This document shows positions 1-8,860 of a DNA stretch of 64,000 bases, one piece after another. The stretch's first letter is position 1; every line of letters starts with the position of its first letter. The position numbers and the translations under genes are program-made. The stretch is from Trypanosoma brucei. Taxonomy: Eukaryota. The stretch is from contig CM000208.1 in the NCBI GenBank assembly GCA_000002445.1, positions 2,816,001 to 2,880,000 on the forward strand, given 5' to 3'. The notes under the pieces were generated by a model that searched no databases, was not told the origin of the DNA, and saw only the letters and a program-made list of their open reading frames with translations.

Positions 1-10
1 CACCCACTTT

Positions 11-1342
11 ATGGGTAATGGCGCCAAACCCAACAGAACAGGTAGTATTCAAAACAGCCCACCGCTTCTTTTGTTCATAGGTGTCGGCGGCCGCCCCATC
101 TCTAACATTGAGAGCATGACGCATCTTGTGCGTGCTGAGTTTCGCGCGGTAACCATTGAGTTGTGTCCTCTTACTGCTGCGTTTCTGGACCGAGAGGATT
201 CACAAAAACCATCAGCACGGGCGGATATCTGTGTCATGGCTATGGATGGTGCTGGTGAATTTGGAGGGGCTCTTGCGTTCACTGGTGATCCCCTGTTAGC
301 AGATGGAATCCTCCAGCAGTTGCACAAGCGACCGACGGCGTCATCGCGGGATCACTGGATTGCATTGGCGTTGCACATCGCTCATTTGTTGGTGTCAGAT
401 GGCAAGAGTTTTAAGTTCGTGTTGCACGTATTGCGCTGGTGTTCGTTATTGATGAGTAGGAAACGAGGAGGCAGCGCGTCAAGACCCCACGTGGACCATA
501 TTTTTCAATTTCTTTTAGCAACAAGGGCGAAAAAACCATTGAGCGGCCTACACACTTTCGCAGAAGTTGGAGAAAGTTGTGATGAAGGCCGCGGCAAGGC
601 CACTGCTACGGTGCCACCTCACACCAGCAATGACTTGTCGTTTTCAAAACCTCATCCTGGTGTCATTGCCTGGCTTGAGGAGGCCATTGCAAGGGCTCAT
701 CAAGATGCCATGTTGGAATGTTTTTCGTTTTGGGAATTTGTTAGTAGCCTGCGCAACGATGTGGAGGTTGTTTCTGCTGGAGAGCCCCAAACGCCAAAAC
801 AATGCGTGACCTGCCATTCCAATGCTATTTTTGTGCGCGTCCGTGAGCCAAAGCTCGCGGCACGTGCCTTGTTGGGTGCTGGTTTTGGCGCAACCCCTCT
901 CACCCCGCATTGGTGGGGCGGAAGGCAGCAGAAAACAATGGATGGTGCCAAGATGTTGGTGAAAGGCTATTTAAGACGGTTGTCACCTCACGACATTGTT
1001 CTTCTTCCAAAGTGCCCTATGTGTGAAGATTTAGCGCAGCATGCTTTGTGTGTGCCGTTGTACCCAAGCATGAAGTACACTAACAGGGAGAAGCTCCGCT
1101 CGGCCATGCAGTCAGTGTTTCCGTCCTCACTCTTCAGAAGCCCCAGTGACAAGTTTCATGACCACGTGAAGGACTCCCAGGAGACTCATGCGTACCACTC
1201 TACAGCTGTTAGTAATTTAATTATTCAATGCAAGAGGAGCATTAGTAGAGGTGAGTGGTCAGCTGTTTTTTCCGATGCGCAGCCACTCTTGCTCCGGTGC
1301 CTCTTTGGCCCAATCCCGGCGTATGTGGTATCGAAGTTATGA
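11..1342 (+). CDS. hypothetical protein, possibly 5'-partial
   Basis: The 443-aa ORF starts with ATG at 11, but the frame stays open back to the window edge, so the true start may lie upstream. Composition looks coding. Contains a CPMCEDLAQHALC cysteine cluster. I recognise no family. Confidence 0.45.
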   Translation: MGNGAKPNRTGSIQNSPPLLLFIGVGGRPISNIESMTHLVRAEFRAVTIELCPLTAAFLDREDSQKPSARADICVMAMDGAGEFGGALAFTGDPLLADGILQQLHKRPTASSRDHWIALALHIAHLLVSDGKSFKFVLHVLRWCSLLMSRKRGGSASRPHVDHIFQFLLATRAKKPLSGLHTFAEVGESCDEGRGKATATVPPHTSNDLSFSKPHPGVIAWLEEAIARAHQDAMLECFSFWEFVSSLRNDVEVVSAGEPQTPKQCVTCHSNAIFVRVREPKLAARALLGAGFGATPLTPHWWGGRQQKTMDGAKMLVKGYLRRLSPHDIVLLPKCPMCEDLAQHALCVPLYPSMKYTNREKLRSAMQSVFPSSLFRSPSDKFHDHVKDSQETHAYHSTAVSNLIIQCKRSISRGEWSAVFSDAQPLLLRCLFGPIPAYVVSKL

Positions 1343-1700
1343 GAATAATGCGGGGCAGAGTATTTTTTTTTTTGCATGTAAGTCGTGAATTCCCGAAGAA
1401 GCTGCATATGCGATTGGCCTGTGTCCGTCGCCCCGCACCATCTCTTCTGTAAATTTCGTAGGAGACTAAACTTGTAAAACAGGGAGAAAGAATAGCGAAA
1501 GCGACCGTGTGAATGCGGGCACAAGTGCATATATACATTGTGAGTACTATCCAAATAAGCGAAAGTTTTATAACGTATTTCAGCGCTTTCCTTGCCTCTT
1601 TGATTTTCCTTTCACTTTCCCTCATTGTGTACTACACACATTTGCTGCGACTTCTCAATGCGAACCGTAACAGTATTAGTTATAGGGGTAGTGTCGTGCG

Positions 1701-2705
1701 ATGACGGATCCTGTGCGCCGCGATCCCACGGAGTTTCTTCGCGTCCTCCGCCGCATGTCGCGAACGACATCATGGCAGAAAACAATGCTCTTTGCTTCAA
1801 AGGGCCGCATGGTGGGTTACAGGCTTACGCGTGAGCACTACAATACTGTTCTCTTCTCCCAGTCACTCTGGGGGCGTGCGTTGGAAATTGTGCGGGTTGT
1901 GCGGGCGATGCAGGAGGACAAGGTGCAACCCAACGGTGCAACGTACTACTACATTGTTAACGGCATGGGAAACGCCGATCACGGCTGGAATTACGACTTC
2001 AGAATAAATCGTCGATTGGAGAAAATACAACACTGGCGTGTTGCATTGGAGGCGTTGGAGGCGTGCGAAGCTAATGGGTTTGACTCAACCGACACTATGC
2101 ACAACTCGGCATTGATTACACTGGTGATCCCAGGTTTTAATAGGTGGCAGCAGGCGAGTCTTTTGTTACAGCGGATGCTCCGGGAGGACCGTCGCATGCA
2201 TCCCACAATGGTGAAGTTTTACCATGACTGTTTAGTACGCAACAACAGACCGCGGGAGGCTAGTTCTCTCATGCGTCTTGCCGCAGAGCGGGGGGTGCAC
2301 GGGTACGAAGACAAATGGGAGGCGGACGTATATAAGGGACGGCCACTAGATAGTGAAGTTATGAATGAGAGCGAAGGAAATGGGCTGCGGCGGCAAGCTT
2401 CCTCCCTCGCTTTCGCTTCACTGATGTTGCGTGGTGATCAGAGGCCGCTGCCAGAGAATTTGCAGGCACTACTGGAGGAAGAAACCACGAGGAATATTGA
2501 AGCGGAGCGCTCCGTTCCCGTACCGTTTTCTGCAGGGCTTCATGCTACTGAAATAAATAGCGTGTTCCGGCCGCGTGTGTACAGACAGTTATGGTACAAG
2601 TGGCAGCACATCGCCAACCGCTACCGGCCCACGGCCGCTCTCAAACGGCGGCAGCTCGCCCCACGGGATTCTCCAACTGGTATTCCGGGGTTTTACCGTA
2701 TTTGA
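1701..2705 (+). CDS. pentatricopeptide-repeat (PPR)-like protein, likely a mitochondrial RNA-binding factor
   Basis: ATG start, 334 aa. Residues HYNTVLFSQSLWGRALEIVRVVRAMQEDKVQPNGATYYYIVNGM fit the 35-aa PPR helical-hairpin consensus (YNtli ... A..l...M...g..P...TY..li.g). Further degenerate repeats follow (WRVALEALEACEANGF, HNSALITL). A T-rich tract lies upstream. Confidence 0.5.
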   Translation: MTDPVRRDPTEFLRVLRRMSRTTSWQKTMLFASKGRMVGYRLTREHYNTVLFSQSLWGRALEIVRVVRAMQEDKVQPNGATYYYIVNGMGNADHGWNYDFRINRRLEKIQHWRVALEALEACEANGFDSTDTMHNSALITLVIPGFNRWQQASLLLQRMLREDRRMHPTMVKFYHDCLVRNNRPREASSLMRLAAERGVHGYEDKWEADVYKGRPLDSEVMNESEGNGLRRQASSLAFASLMLRGDQRPLPENLQALLEEETTRNIEAERSVPVPFSAGLHATEINSVFRPRVYRQLWYKWQHIANRYRPTAALKRRQLAPRDSPTGIPGFYRI

Positions 2706-3674
2706 TGTGGCAGTTGCTGATGTGTGAAGTTGTGTGTGTGTGCGTTATTTCCTGTGTCATTCGCTACTTTTGTGATATAGTCGTTTTTTTTCTTTCACAT
2801 ACTGTCGTCATTAAAGTAATTTGTCTTCGATTTTCGACTCCAAAGCTAACATTTTTGTTCTTGTTCCTTGACGCCGCGAGTATCTCTGCCAGTTCTTCGG
2901 TTTCCTTGAGCGATCGTTGAGCTTATTTGGGTCTTCTTTCATCTGTAATGGAGGCGGGGAAATGCATCGGCCCCATCCACCAGCCGTATTAACCCTGTCT
3001 TTGTGGCTTGGCAGCATTGAGTTGAGGTCGTCTTGCTTTTTTGGTGTGTGTATCCCGTTGTCAGTTCTTGGTGAAGCGGAGAACCGCATATGGGGAAGCA
3101 GTATTGAAAGTCTTCTTCTCTTCACAGTTTTGGTTTTTGTCTTCCGTGTATTCTCGCGGGCGCTGCGACCCCCTCACTCATGTGGTTGGGGTAATCCTCC
3201 AGCCCCCAGAGAGGTGAACGTTTTGTATCTTTAGGCCCCCCCTTTTTTTTTCGGTGCTATGCTCCCCCGATGAACAGATCTTTCTATATCTGTATGTTTT
3301 TCCCCCTCACTCGCATGTCACAGTGCCTACAACGACCATCCGTACATATTATATAGTCATTCTTTCTCCGGCCACTTCCCCTCATCTGATTCTTCAGTCT
3401 TCGAAAGGAAGTCTGCAGAAGCACGGCGTTGTGGAGAGAGTACGGTATAGGAGGAGCGGAAGCGTTACTTCTAACAGTAGGAGGGAGAAAGAGTGAGAAC
3501 TGGGGGAGTAAAGGTATACACGTAAGTCAGTTTGAGGGGCGGGGGAGTTCATACACGTACATGCGGTTGGACAGGTAACTGCACGCACTTACGCATACTG
3601 GCATACACAACCGCTATTGAAAGGGTTTGTAGGGTACATTAGAGAACGGCGACAACATTCTAAAATAAATTTAG

Positions 3675-4907
3675 ATGCCTGCGCTCAGTTGGGCGGATAA
3701 GGCTCGTGGGCTTTCAGCTTCCAGAAGCGGTGGTGCGGATCACATTGTTAGTCGTAAGACTGACACCGCCCTCTCACACACTGGTCTGAAGGGTGAGAAG
3801 AAATATCGACACTACATTGAGGACAGAACTTCAGTTCTACCTCGGGGACTGGAGCCCAACATGTGGGACTTGGTCTGTTCGTACCTTAATGTTCAGGATG
3901 TCAAAAAGTTGAGTGGCACCTGCCGCTTTCTGTGGGAGTTGCTGCGCCCTCGTGACAACGTGTGGCGTGTGCAGTTGGACTACTTTAGGGAAGATATGAA
4001 AAATTTGTATGGTGAGGGCCGCCTACTCTGTACGGAGTTGTTTGTGCCACCATCTTGCAGTGCTTATGAACAAATGAAACTGGAGTTACAGTTATACATA
4101 ATGGACACTCATCGTGAGTGGCAGCTTAAGGACCGTGAAAAAACGGATGGCCCTTACGGTATGTTTTCTTGCCCTTTAACTCTTGCTCATGATCCCTCTA
4201 TCAACGAGGAGGGTTGGCAGGACGAGGATGTTACACCCTTTTCTCAGTTGCGGATAATTCGTGCAGTACGACTTTTCCCTTCGGGGTTATCTACATCCCA
4301 AAGTTTGCGACACAATGGAGGCAGTGGCTCAATCTTCACGCCGAGCGAGTACATGATGTTATGCGAAAATATCAATCATGGTGATTTCACAGGCTCTCGT
4401 TTGGGTGTGCAGGATCACGTAGATGAGGAAGGCGGGTTGTTGCAGTTTGCTCTCATGGAGACTCTCCGTCGTGCCAAGTATCGCAAACCCCCTCGATGCT
4501 CCACGGGTGAAGTGCGCACTTCTTCCCACCTGGTGCTGCGTCATTTTGGCGGTTTGCTGCTATCAATATGCCGTTACGAAGCAGAAGACATTTTAGATTC
4601 CCTTCTCCACAAGCGGGGCCTCGTGGATGACTTCGTTACGTACTGTAACTACAGGGAGCGATCGACAACGAACCGGCCGTGTTTTCCGTTTCCTTGTCAG
4701 TCACGTTACTACATTGCTCCAGAGTTATGCCGAAGGGGCCGTGTGGGTCTTATCATTACGGACTCTGTGCGTTTGCTCGTGGTGGTCGGAAAGGAGCTCG
4801 TGACGCGGGACGATGCGCGATGGGGCAGTGATTTTGCAGCGGCAGCAGCTGCGGGTCGTACGGTATATGGAGGTGGCATGAACCCTCAGCAACCACGATT
4901 GGTGTAG
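3675..4907 (+). CDS. hypothetical protein with an F-box-like motif
   Basis: ATG start, 410 aa. MWDLVCSYLNVQDVKKLSGTCRFLWELL matches an F-box-like L-x-x-L-V-x-x-L ... R-x-V-C-K/R-x-W consensus. The true start could be the internal ATG near 3859 (MWDLV). No other family signature. Confidence 0.45.
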   Translation: MPALSWADKARGLSASRSGGADHIVSRKTDTALSHTGLKGEKKYRHYIEDRTSVLPRGLEPNMWDLVCSYLNVQDVKKLSGTCRFLWELLRPRDNVWRVQLDYFREDMKNLYGEGRLLCTELFVPPSCSAYEQMKLELQLYIMDTHREWQLKDREKTDGPYGMFSCPLTLAHDPSINEEGWQDEDVTPFSQLRIIRAVRLFPSGLSTSQSLRHNGGSGSIFTPSEYMMLCENINHGDFTGSRLGVQDHVDEEGGLLQFALMETLRRAKYRKPPRCSTGEVRTSSHLVLRHFGGLLLSICRYEAEDILDSLLHKRGLVDDFVTYCNYRERSTTNRPCFPFPCQSRYYIAPELCRRGRVGLIITDSVRLLVVVGKELVTRDDARWGSDFAAAAAAGRTVYGGGMNPQQPRLV

Positions 4908-5284
4908 AATACTTTTTGGTGCTTGCGCAAAAGTTTGGTGTGGCACGTGACTACGGTTTCTTTTGACGCACGGATAGGTCAAGGCTCATCTGTGCCTGTT
5001 TTCTGGATTTTTTTTTTTGCTTTGCACACCCTTCACTGAATTTCGACGGTGTGTTTTCCCTCATCGTGGATTACTTGGGTCAGTTGCACATACCTGTAGG
5101 CGGTGCCCTTGCGCCATTATATTCTTTTCCACCCAATCTCATAAACTTTTTACACAGTAGGAAACCTAAGAAACCCGCATATTCGGGTTGAACACCGGCT
5201 TTTGTTTGCCGTGATTCCTGACTCGTGCGGGACGTATTGTTGGGGAGCTTTAGTGGAAAATCGAGAGCATTAGAGTTTCTCTTA

Positions 5285-8200
5285 ATGTACACTACGACAG
5301 CCAAACAGCCCACAGTGGTGGGGGAGCGCGCTTTTTCCATGTCGGAGAAAGTTCTCACGTTCCCTTCCGCCGTAACTTCAATGACAGTTACCCCGGATCA
5401 CGTGTGGCTGGTCATGTCTGACGGAGGTGTGCAGATACGTGATGTTTCCACCACGGAGTTGGTTCACTGCTTCGCTAGCGCATCAAGACCGAGGCGTGTG
5501 GTACGTATATGGTCGATTCTCGCTGTTCCAGATCCTGCTGTGGGGTTACAGGTATGGATGGGGCTGTCCAATGGTGCCGTCGAGGTCTATGACGCACAAA
5601 CTTTCGGCGTATTGCGCCAGCAGACGAAGCACGCGGGTGGGGTATATTGTCTTGCCGAGTTTGGCGGGTACGTGTACTCAGGGAGCAGTGACTTCAAGAT
5701 TGGGCAGTGGTACGCCGCGGACGCACGCCTCGTGCGGATGCTGCACGGTCATAGCAATTATGTGCGCTGTCTTTATGCCGAGGGCAACGCCGTTGTGAGT
5801 GGGTCCGATGATTGTACGGTACGTGTATGGGATGTAGGAAGCGGTGACGCCCAGTTAACGGGACGCTTTCACGACCGCTCGGCCGTGTCTGCTCTGTGTC
5901 GTGTAGGCATTACGATGTGGTCTGGTGATGATAGTGGCCGTGTTGCGGTGTGGAGGCTCGACACATGTGAGGCTTTACACATTCTTCAGGCACATAGCGG
6001 TCGCGTTTCGTCACTGAAGAAGGTTGGATCACGTGTGTACTCTGGTGGCGCAGATGGCGTGATTGCTGTATTTGATGCGGAGGAGGGTCGTTTGCTGAGC
6101 CACGTGAATAATTACCACGGTGTTCGTGTCTCTTCTCTTGTTGTAACGTCGGAGCTGCGACGGTTTTGTATCTGGTCCTCTAGTGCGGACAAGATGATTC
6201 AGTGTTGGCACCAGGATGAGTATACTGTTATGATAGGTGATCAGGAAAGGTTTTCAGAACGTTTTTGGTACGAAACAGGTTCGACACCGTACCGTGAGTT
6301 CCGGGACAGTGTTCTGAAGCACATCGGTAACCTGCGAGAGACACTCAAGATAAGAACGTCCGACAATCCACGTTTAGTAGATATAGTGGGTTTATCTAAC
6401 TCCGCATCGACTGTGGAGGGTTTTCGGAAACGGGAAGCCATACTCAATAAGGAGCTTTCGTCTCTGGAGGGTCGCCAAGCATCACTGGAGAGTCAACTGG
6501 AGCAGTCGAAGGGAGTACTGGAGAATATAGAAAAGGAAACGAGCTTGGTGCTTGGCATTCTTCGTGCAGCTCAAGCTGAGCTTCGATCGCTGGACCCCGT
6601 TTTGCATGGCTCTCTTCTCATGTCGGCAGGAGGCGATGCGAATGGACCGCTTGCAAATATTGTTAGCACGCTATCGGGTCAACCGGCAACAATGACTAAC
6701 GTGCCGAACCCACCTGGCAACTTGGCTGTTCCGACTTCTACCGCTGCAACGACGTCTGCTTGGCCAGCAATTCCCTCAGCAGCTGCGGTGGGTAGTGGAG
6801 CTCAATACGCTGCGTATCAGCCCACTGCAATTCAGGGGCATCCCTTCTATGTAGGCACTCCAGCAACTTATACCCAACCTGCCTCGGTCTCGCACCCAGT
6901 CGCTGGCGTCAGTGGGGCGACAGTGTCCAATTTGCAGAGCCCCGTTCCCCCAGTTCAGGTGTGTGGAACGACTCCTACTGGGGTGTCAACGGCACAAATT
7001 CCTGGTGGCCAGGGTGTGGCCTTTACGGCATTACAACCGGCCGGCACCATGGCTGTGGGAGGACCAACAGGTTCAACAAATGCTGTTCAACAAGTTCCCA
7101 CAGCTGCTACCACACCCAGCGGCACGACTGCCGCAGCAATGGTTGGCGCACTACCGCCTGGTCAGAGCACAGCCACCACATCAGCCCAACCACTCGGAAC
7201 CGCGGCTGCGGGAGCAATGGCTGGCGCACTACCGCCTGGTCAGAGCATAGCCACCACATCAGCCCAACCACTCGGAACCGCGGCTGCGGGAGCAATGGCT
7301 GGCGCACTACCGCCTGGTCAGAGCATAGCCACCACATCAGCCCAACCACTCGGAACCGCGGCTGCAGGAGCAATGGCTGGCGCACTACCGCCTGGTCAGA
7401 GCATAGCCACCACATCAGCCCAACCACTCGGAACCGCGGCTGCGGGAACGATGGCTGGCGCACTACCGCCTGGTCAGAGCATAGCCACCACATCAGCCCA
7501 ACCACTCGGAACCGCGGCTGCGGGAACGATGGCTGGCGCACTACCGCCTGGTCAGAGCATAGCCACCACATCAGCCCAACCACTCGGAACCGCGGCTGCA
7601 GGAGCAATGGCTGGCGCACTACCGCCTGGTCAGAGCATAGCCACCACATCAGCCCAACCACCTAGCACCTTGGGTGTAGGAGGGTCAACAGGGGCTCCAA
7701 CATTTGGACAAAACTTTGCTGTGTCGCTGCAACCTTCGACTGCCACCACCTCCGTTGGGCCGGCTGGGTTAACGTCTTCTGCGGCAAACATGGCAGTTTC
7801 TTCTCAGCCGTTGGGCGCCTCAACTGTCGTTGATGCTTCGGGGCCACTACACAGCGGCCAAAGCCTGACTGGGTCGGCGCATCCGCTCTCTACTCAGGCT
7901 TCCGGAAAACTGATGGGAACGGCATCGGCTGGTGAAAGTGTAACTACGCCCTTTCAACCATTGGGTGCCACTGCAAATGGTAGCTCTTTGGTGTTCACAA
8001 CCGCTGGTCAGAGTTTAACAGCTATACCACAATCTCTTGGGGTCGCATCTACCGGGCAGTCAACGGCACAAATTCCTGGTGGCCAGGGTGTGGCCTTTAC
8101 GGCGTTACAACCGGCTGGCACCATGGCTGTGGGAGGACCAACAGGTTCAACAAATGCTGTTCAACAAGTTCCCACAGCTGCTACCACACCCAGCGGCACG

Positions 8201-8602
8201 ACTGCCGCAGCAATGGCTGGCGCACTACCGCCTGGTCAGAGCATAGCCACCACATCAGCCCAACCACTCGGAACCGCGGCTGCAGGAGGGCCAGCAGGGA
8301 AACCCCCTGTTGAGCAAGATTTTTTATCCACGAAGCGCGTCGTTCCACCCGTTTCTCGTTGTGGAACCGCGCCCCCGTCCAAACACGTCCATTTCGAGCA
8401 GGTAGCTGAAGCTACCACCAGTGGCGGTGTGGTCTACAGGGGCGTAGAATGGACCAATAAAAACGTCGGCAATTATATCCAGCGCCGTTACTACGGGGCG
8501 GAACCAAGTCTTCGGACCCCGGCTCTTGAAAAGCGCAGGAGATTGCAAGGTCGTATGCCGGACGTTAAGTTAGAGCCGTTCAAAAGGAAAGACGAGGGAT
8601 GA
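5285..8602 (+). CDS. WD40-repeat protein with coiled-coil and a long Ala/Thr/Gly/Pro/Gln-rich tandem-repeat domain
   Basis: The track ORF begins with GTG at 5225; the first in-frame ATG is at 5285. The N-terminal ~300 aa holds clear WD40 blades (HGHSNYVRCLYAEGNAVVSGSDDCTVRVWDV, GHSGRVSSL ... SGGADGVIAVFD). A charged coiled-coil segment follows (ELSSLEGRQASLESQLEQSKGVLENIEKE). Next come about seven 78-bp (26-aa) repeats (ALPPGQSIATTSAQPLGTAAAGAMAG) and a duplicated ~230-bp block. Confidence 0.7.
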   Translation: MYTTTAKQPTVVGERAFSMSEKVLTFPSAVTSMTVTPDHVWLVMSDGGVQIRDVSTTELVHCFASASRPRRVVRIWSILAVPDPAVGLQVWMGLSNGAVEVYDAQTFGVLRQQTKHAGGVYCLAEFGGYVYSGSSDFKIGQWYAADARLVRMLHGHSNYVRCLYAEGNAVVSGSDDCTVRVWDVGSGDAQLTGRFHDRSAVSALCRVGITMWSGDDSGRVAVWRLDTCEALHILQAHSGRVSSLKKVGSRVYSGGADGVIAVFDAEEGRLLSHVNNYHGVRVSSLVVTSELRRFCIWSSSADKMIQCWHQDEYTVMIGDQERFSERFWYETGSTPYREFRDSVLKHIGNLRETLKIRTSDNPRLVDIVGLSNSASTVEGFRKREAILNKELSSLEGRQASLESQLEQSKGVLENIEKETSLVLGILRAAQAELRSLDPVLHGSLLMSAGGDANGPLANIVSTLSGQPATMTNVPNPPGNLAVPTSTAATTSAWPAIPSAAAVGSGAQYAAYQPTAIQGHPFYVGTPATYTQPASVSHPVAGVSGATVSNLQSPVPPVQVCGTTPTGVSTAQIPGGQGVAFTALQPAGTMAVGGPTGSTNAVQQVPTAATTPSGTTAAAMVGALPPGQSTATTSAQPLGTAAAGAMAGALPPGQSIATTSAQPLGTAAAGAMAGALPPGQSIATTSAQPLGTAAAGAMAGALPPGQSIATTSAQPLGTAAAGTMAGALPPGQSIATTSAQPLGTAAAGTMAGALPPGQSIATTSAQPLGTAAAGAMAGALPPGQSIATTSAQPPSTLGVGGSTGAPTFGQNFAVSLQPSTATTSVGPAGLTSSAANMAVSSQPLGASTVVDASGPLHSGQSLTGSAHPLSTQASGKLMGTASAGESVTTPFQPLGATANGSSLVFTTAGQSLTAIPQSLGVASTGQSTAQIPGGQGVAFTALQPAGTMAVGGPTGSTNAVQQVPTAATTPSGTTAAAMAGALPPGQSIATTSAQPLGTAAAGGPAGKPPVEQDFLSTKRVVPPVSRCGTAPPSKHVHFEQVAEATTSGGVVYRGVEWTNKNVGNYIQRRYYGAEPSLRTPALEKRRRLQGRMPDVKLEPFKRKDEG
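7130..7665. repeat. about seven near-identical 78-bp in-frame tandem repeats inside the WD40 gene
   Basis: The unit ggcgcactaccgcctggtcagagcatagccaccacatcagcccaaccactcggaaccgcggctgcgggagcaatggct recurs head-to-tail with only single-base variants (gca/gga, acg/gca). This creates the shadow ORFs seen in other frames and on the minus strand. Confidence 0.85.
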
Positions 8603-8860
8603 TAGAGAGTTACAAAGCCGTTAAAAGCGTTTCCGGTAAATGGCGTTAAAAAGTATATAGATATTTTTCCATAGAAATTGTCACGGCTTTTTGTGGTGTT
8701 GTTACTCAGGCTGTTTTTTCCGAGGAAACTTCGGGTATCAGGGTGTTGTGTCTTGATCCACTGACTGCCTTTTCTTTATTTACCATCTGACTAGGAACAG
8801 TAATACTGTAGCCTCTACAGTATTGAGAGCGCGGCGCTGACTAACTAGGTGGAATAGACC

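Noticed and set aside
5225-5284. GTG/TTG-initiated 5' extensions on many track ORFs (5225, 12368, 16752, 20154, 30012, 31126, 36005, 55412, 57488, 58525)
   Set aside because: The ORF finder allowed alternative starts. Nuclear kinetoplastid genes initiate at ATG, so all starts were moved to the first in-frame ATG.
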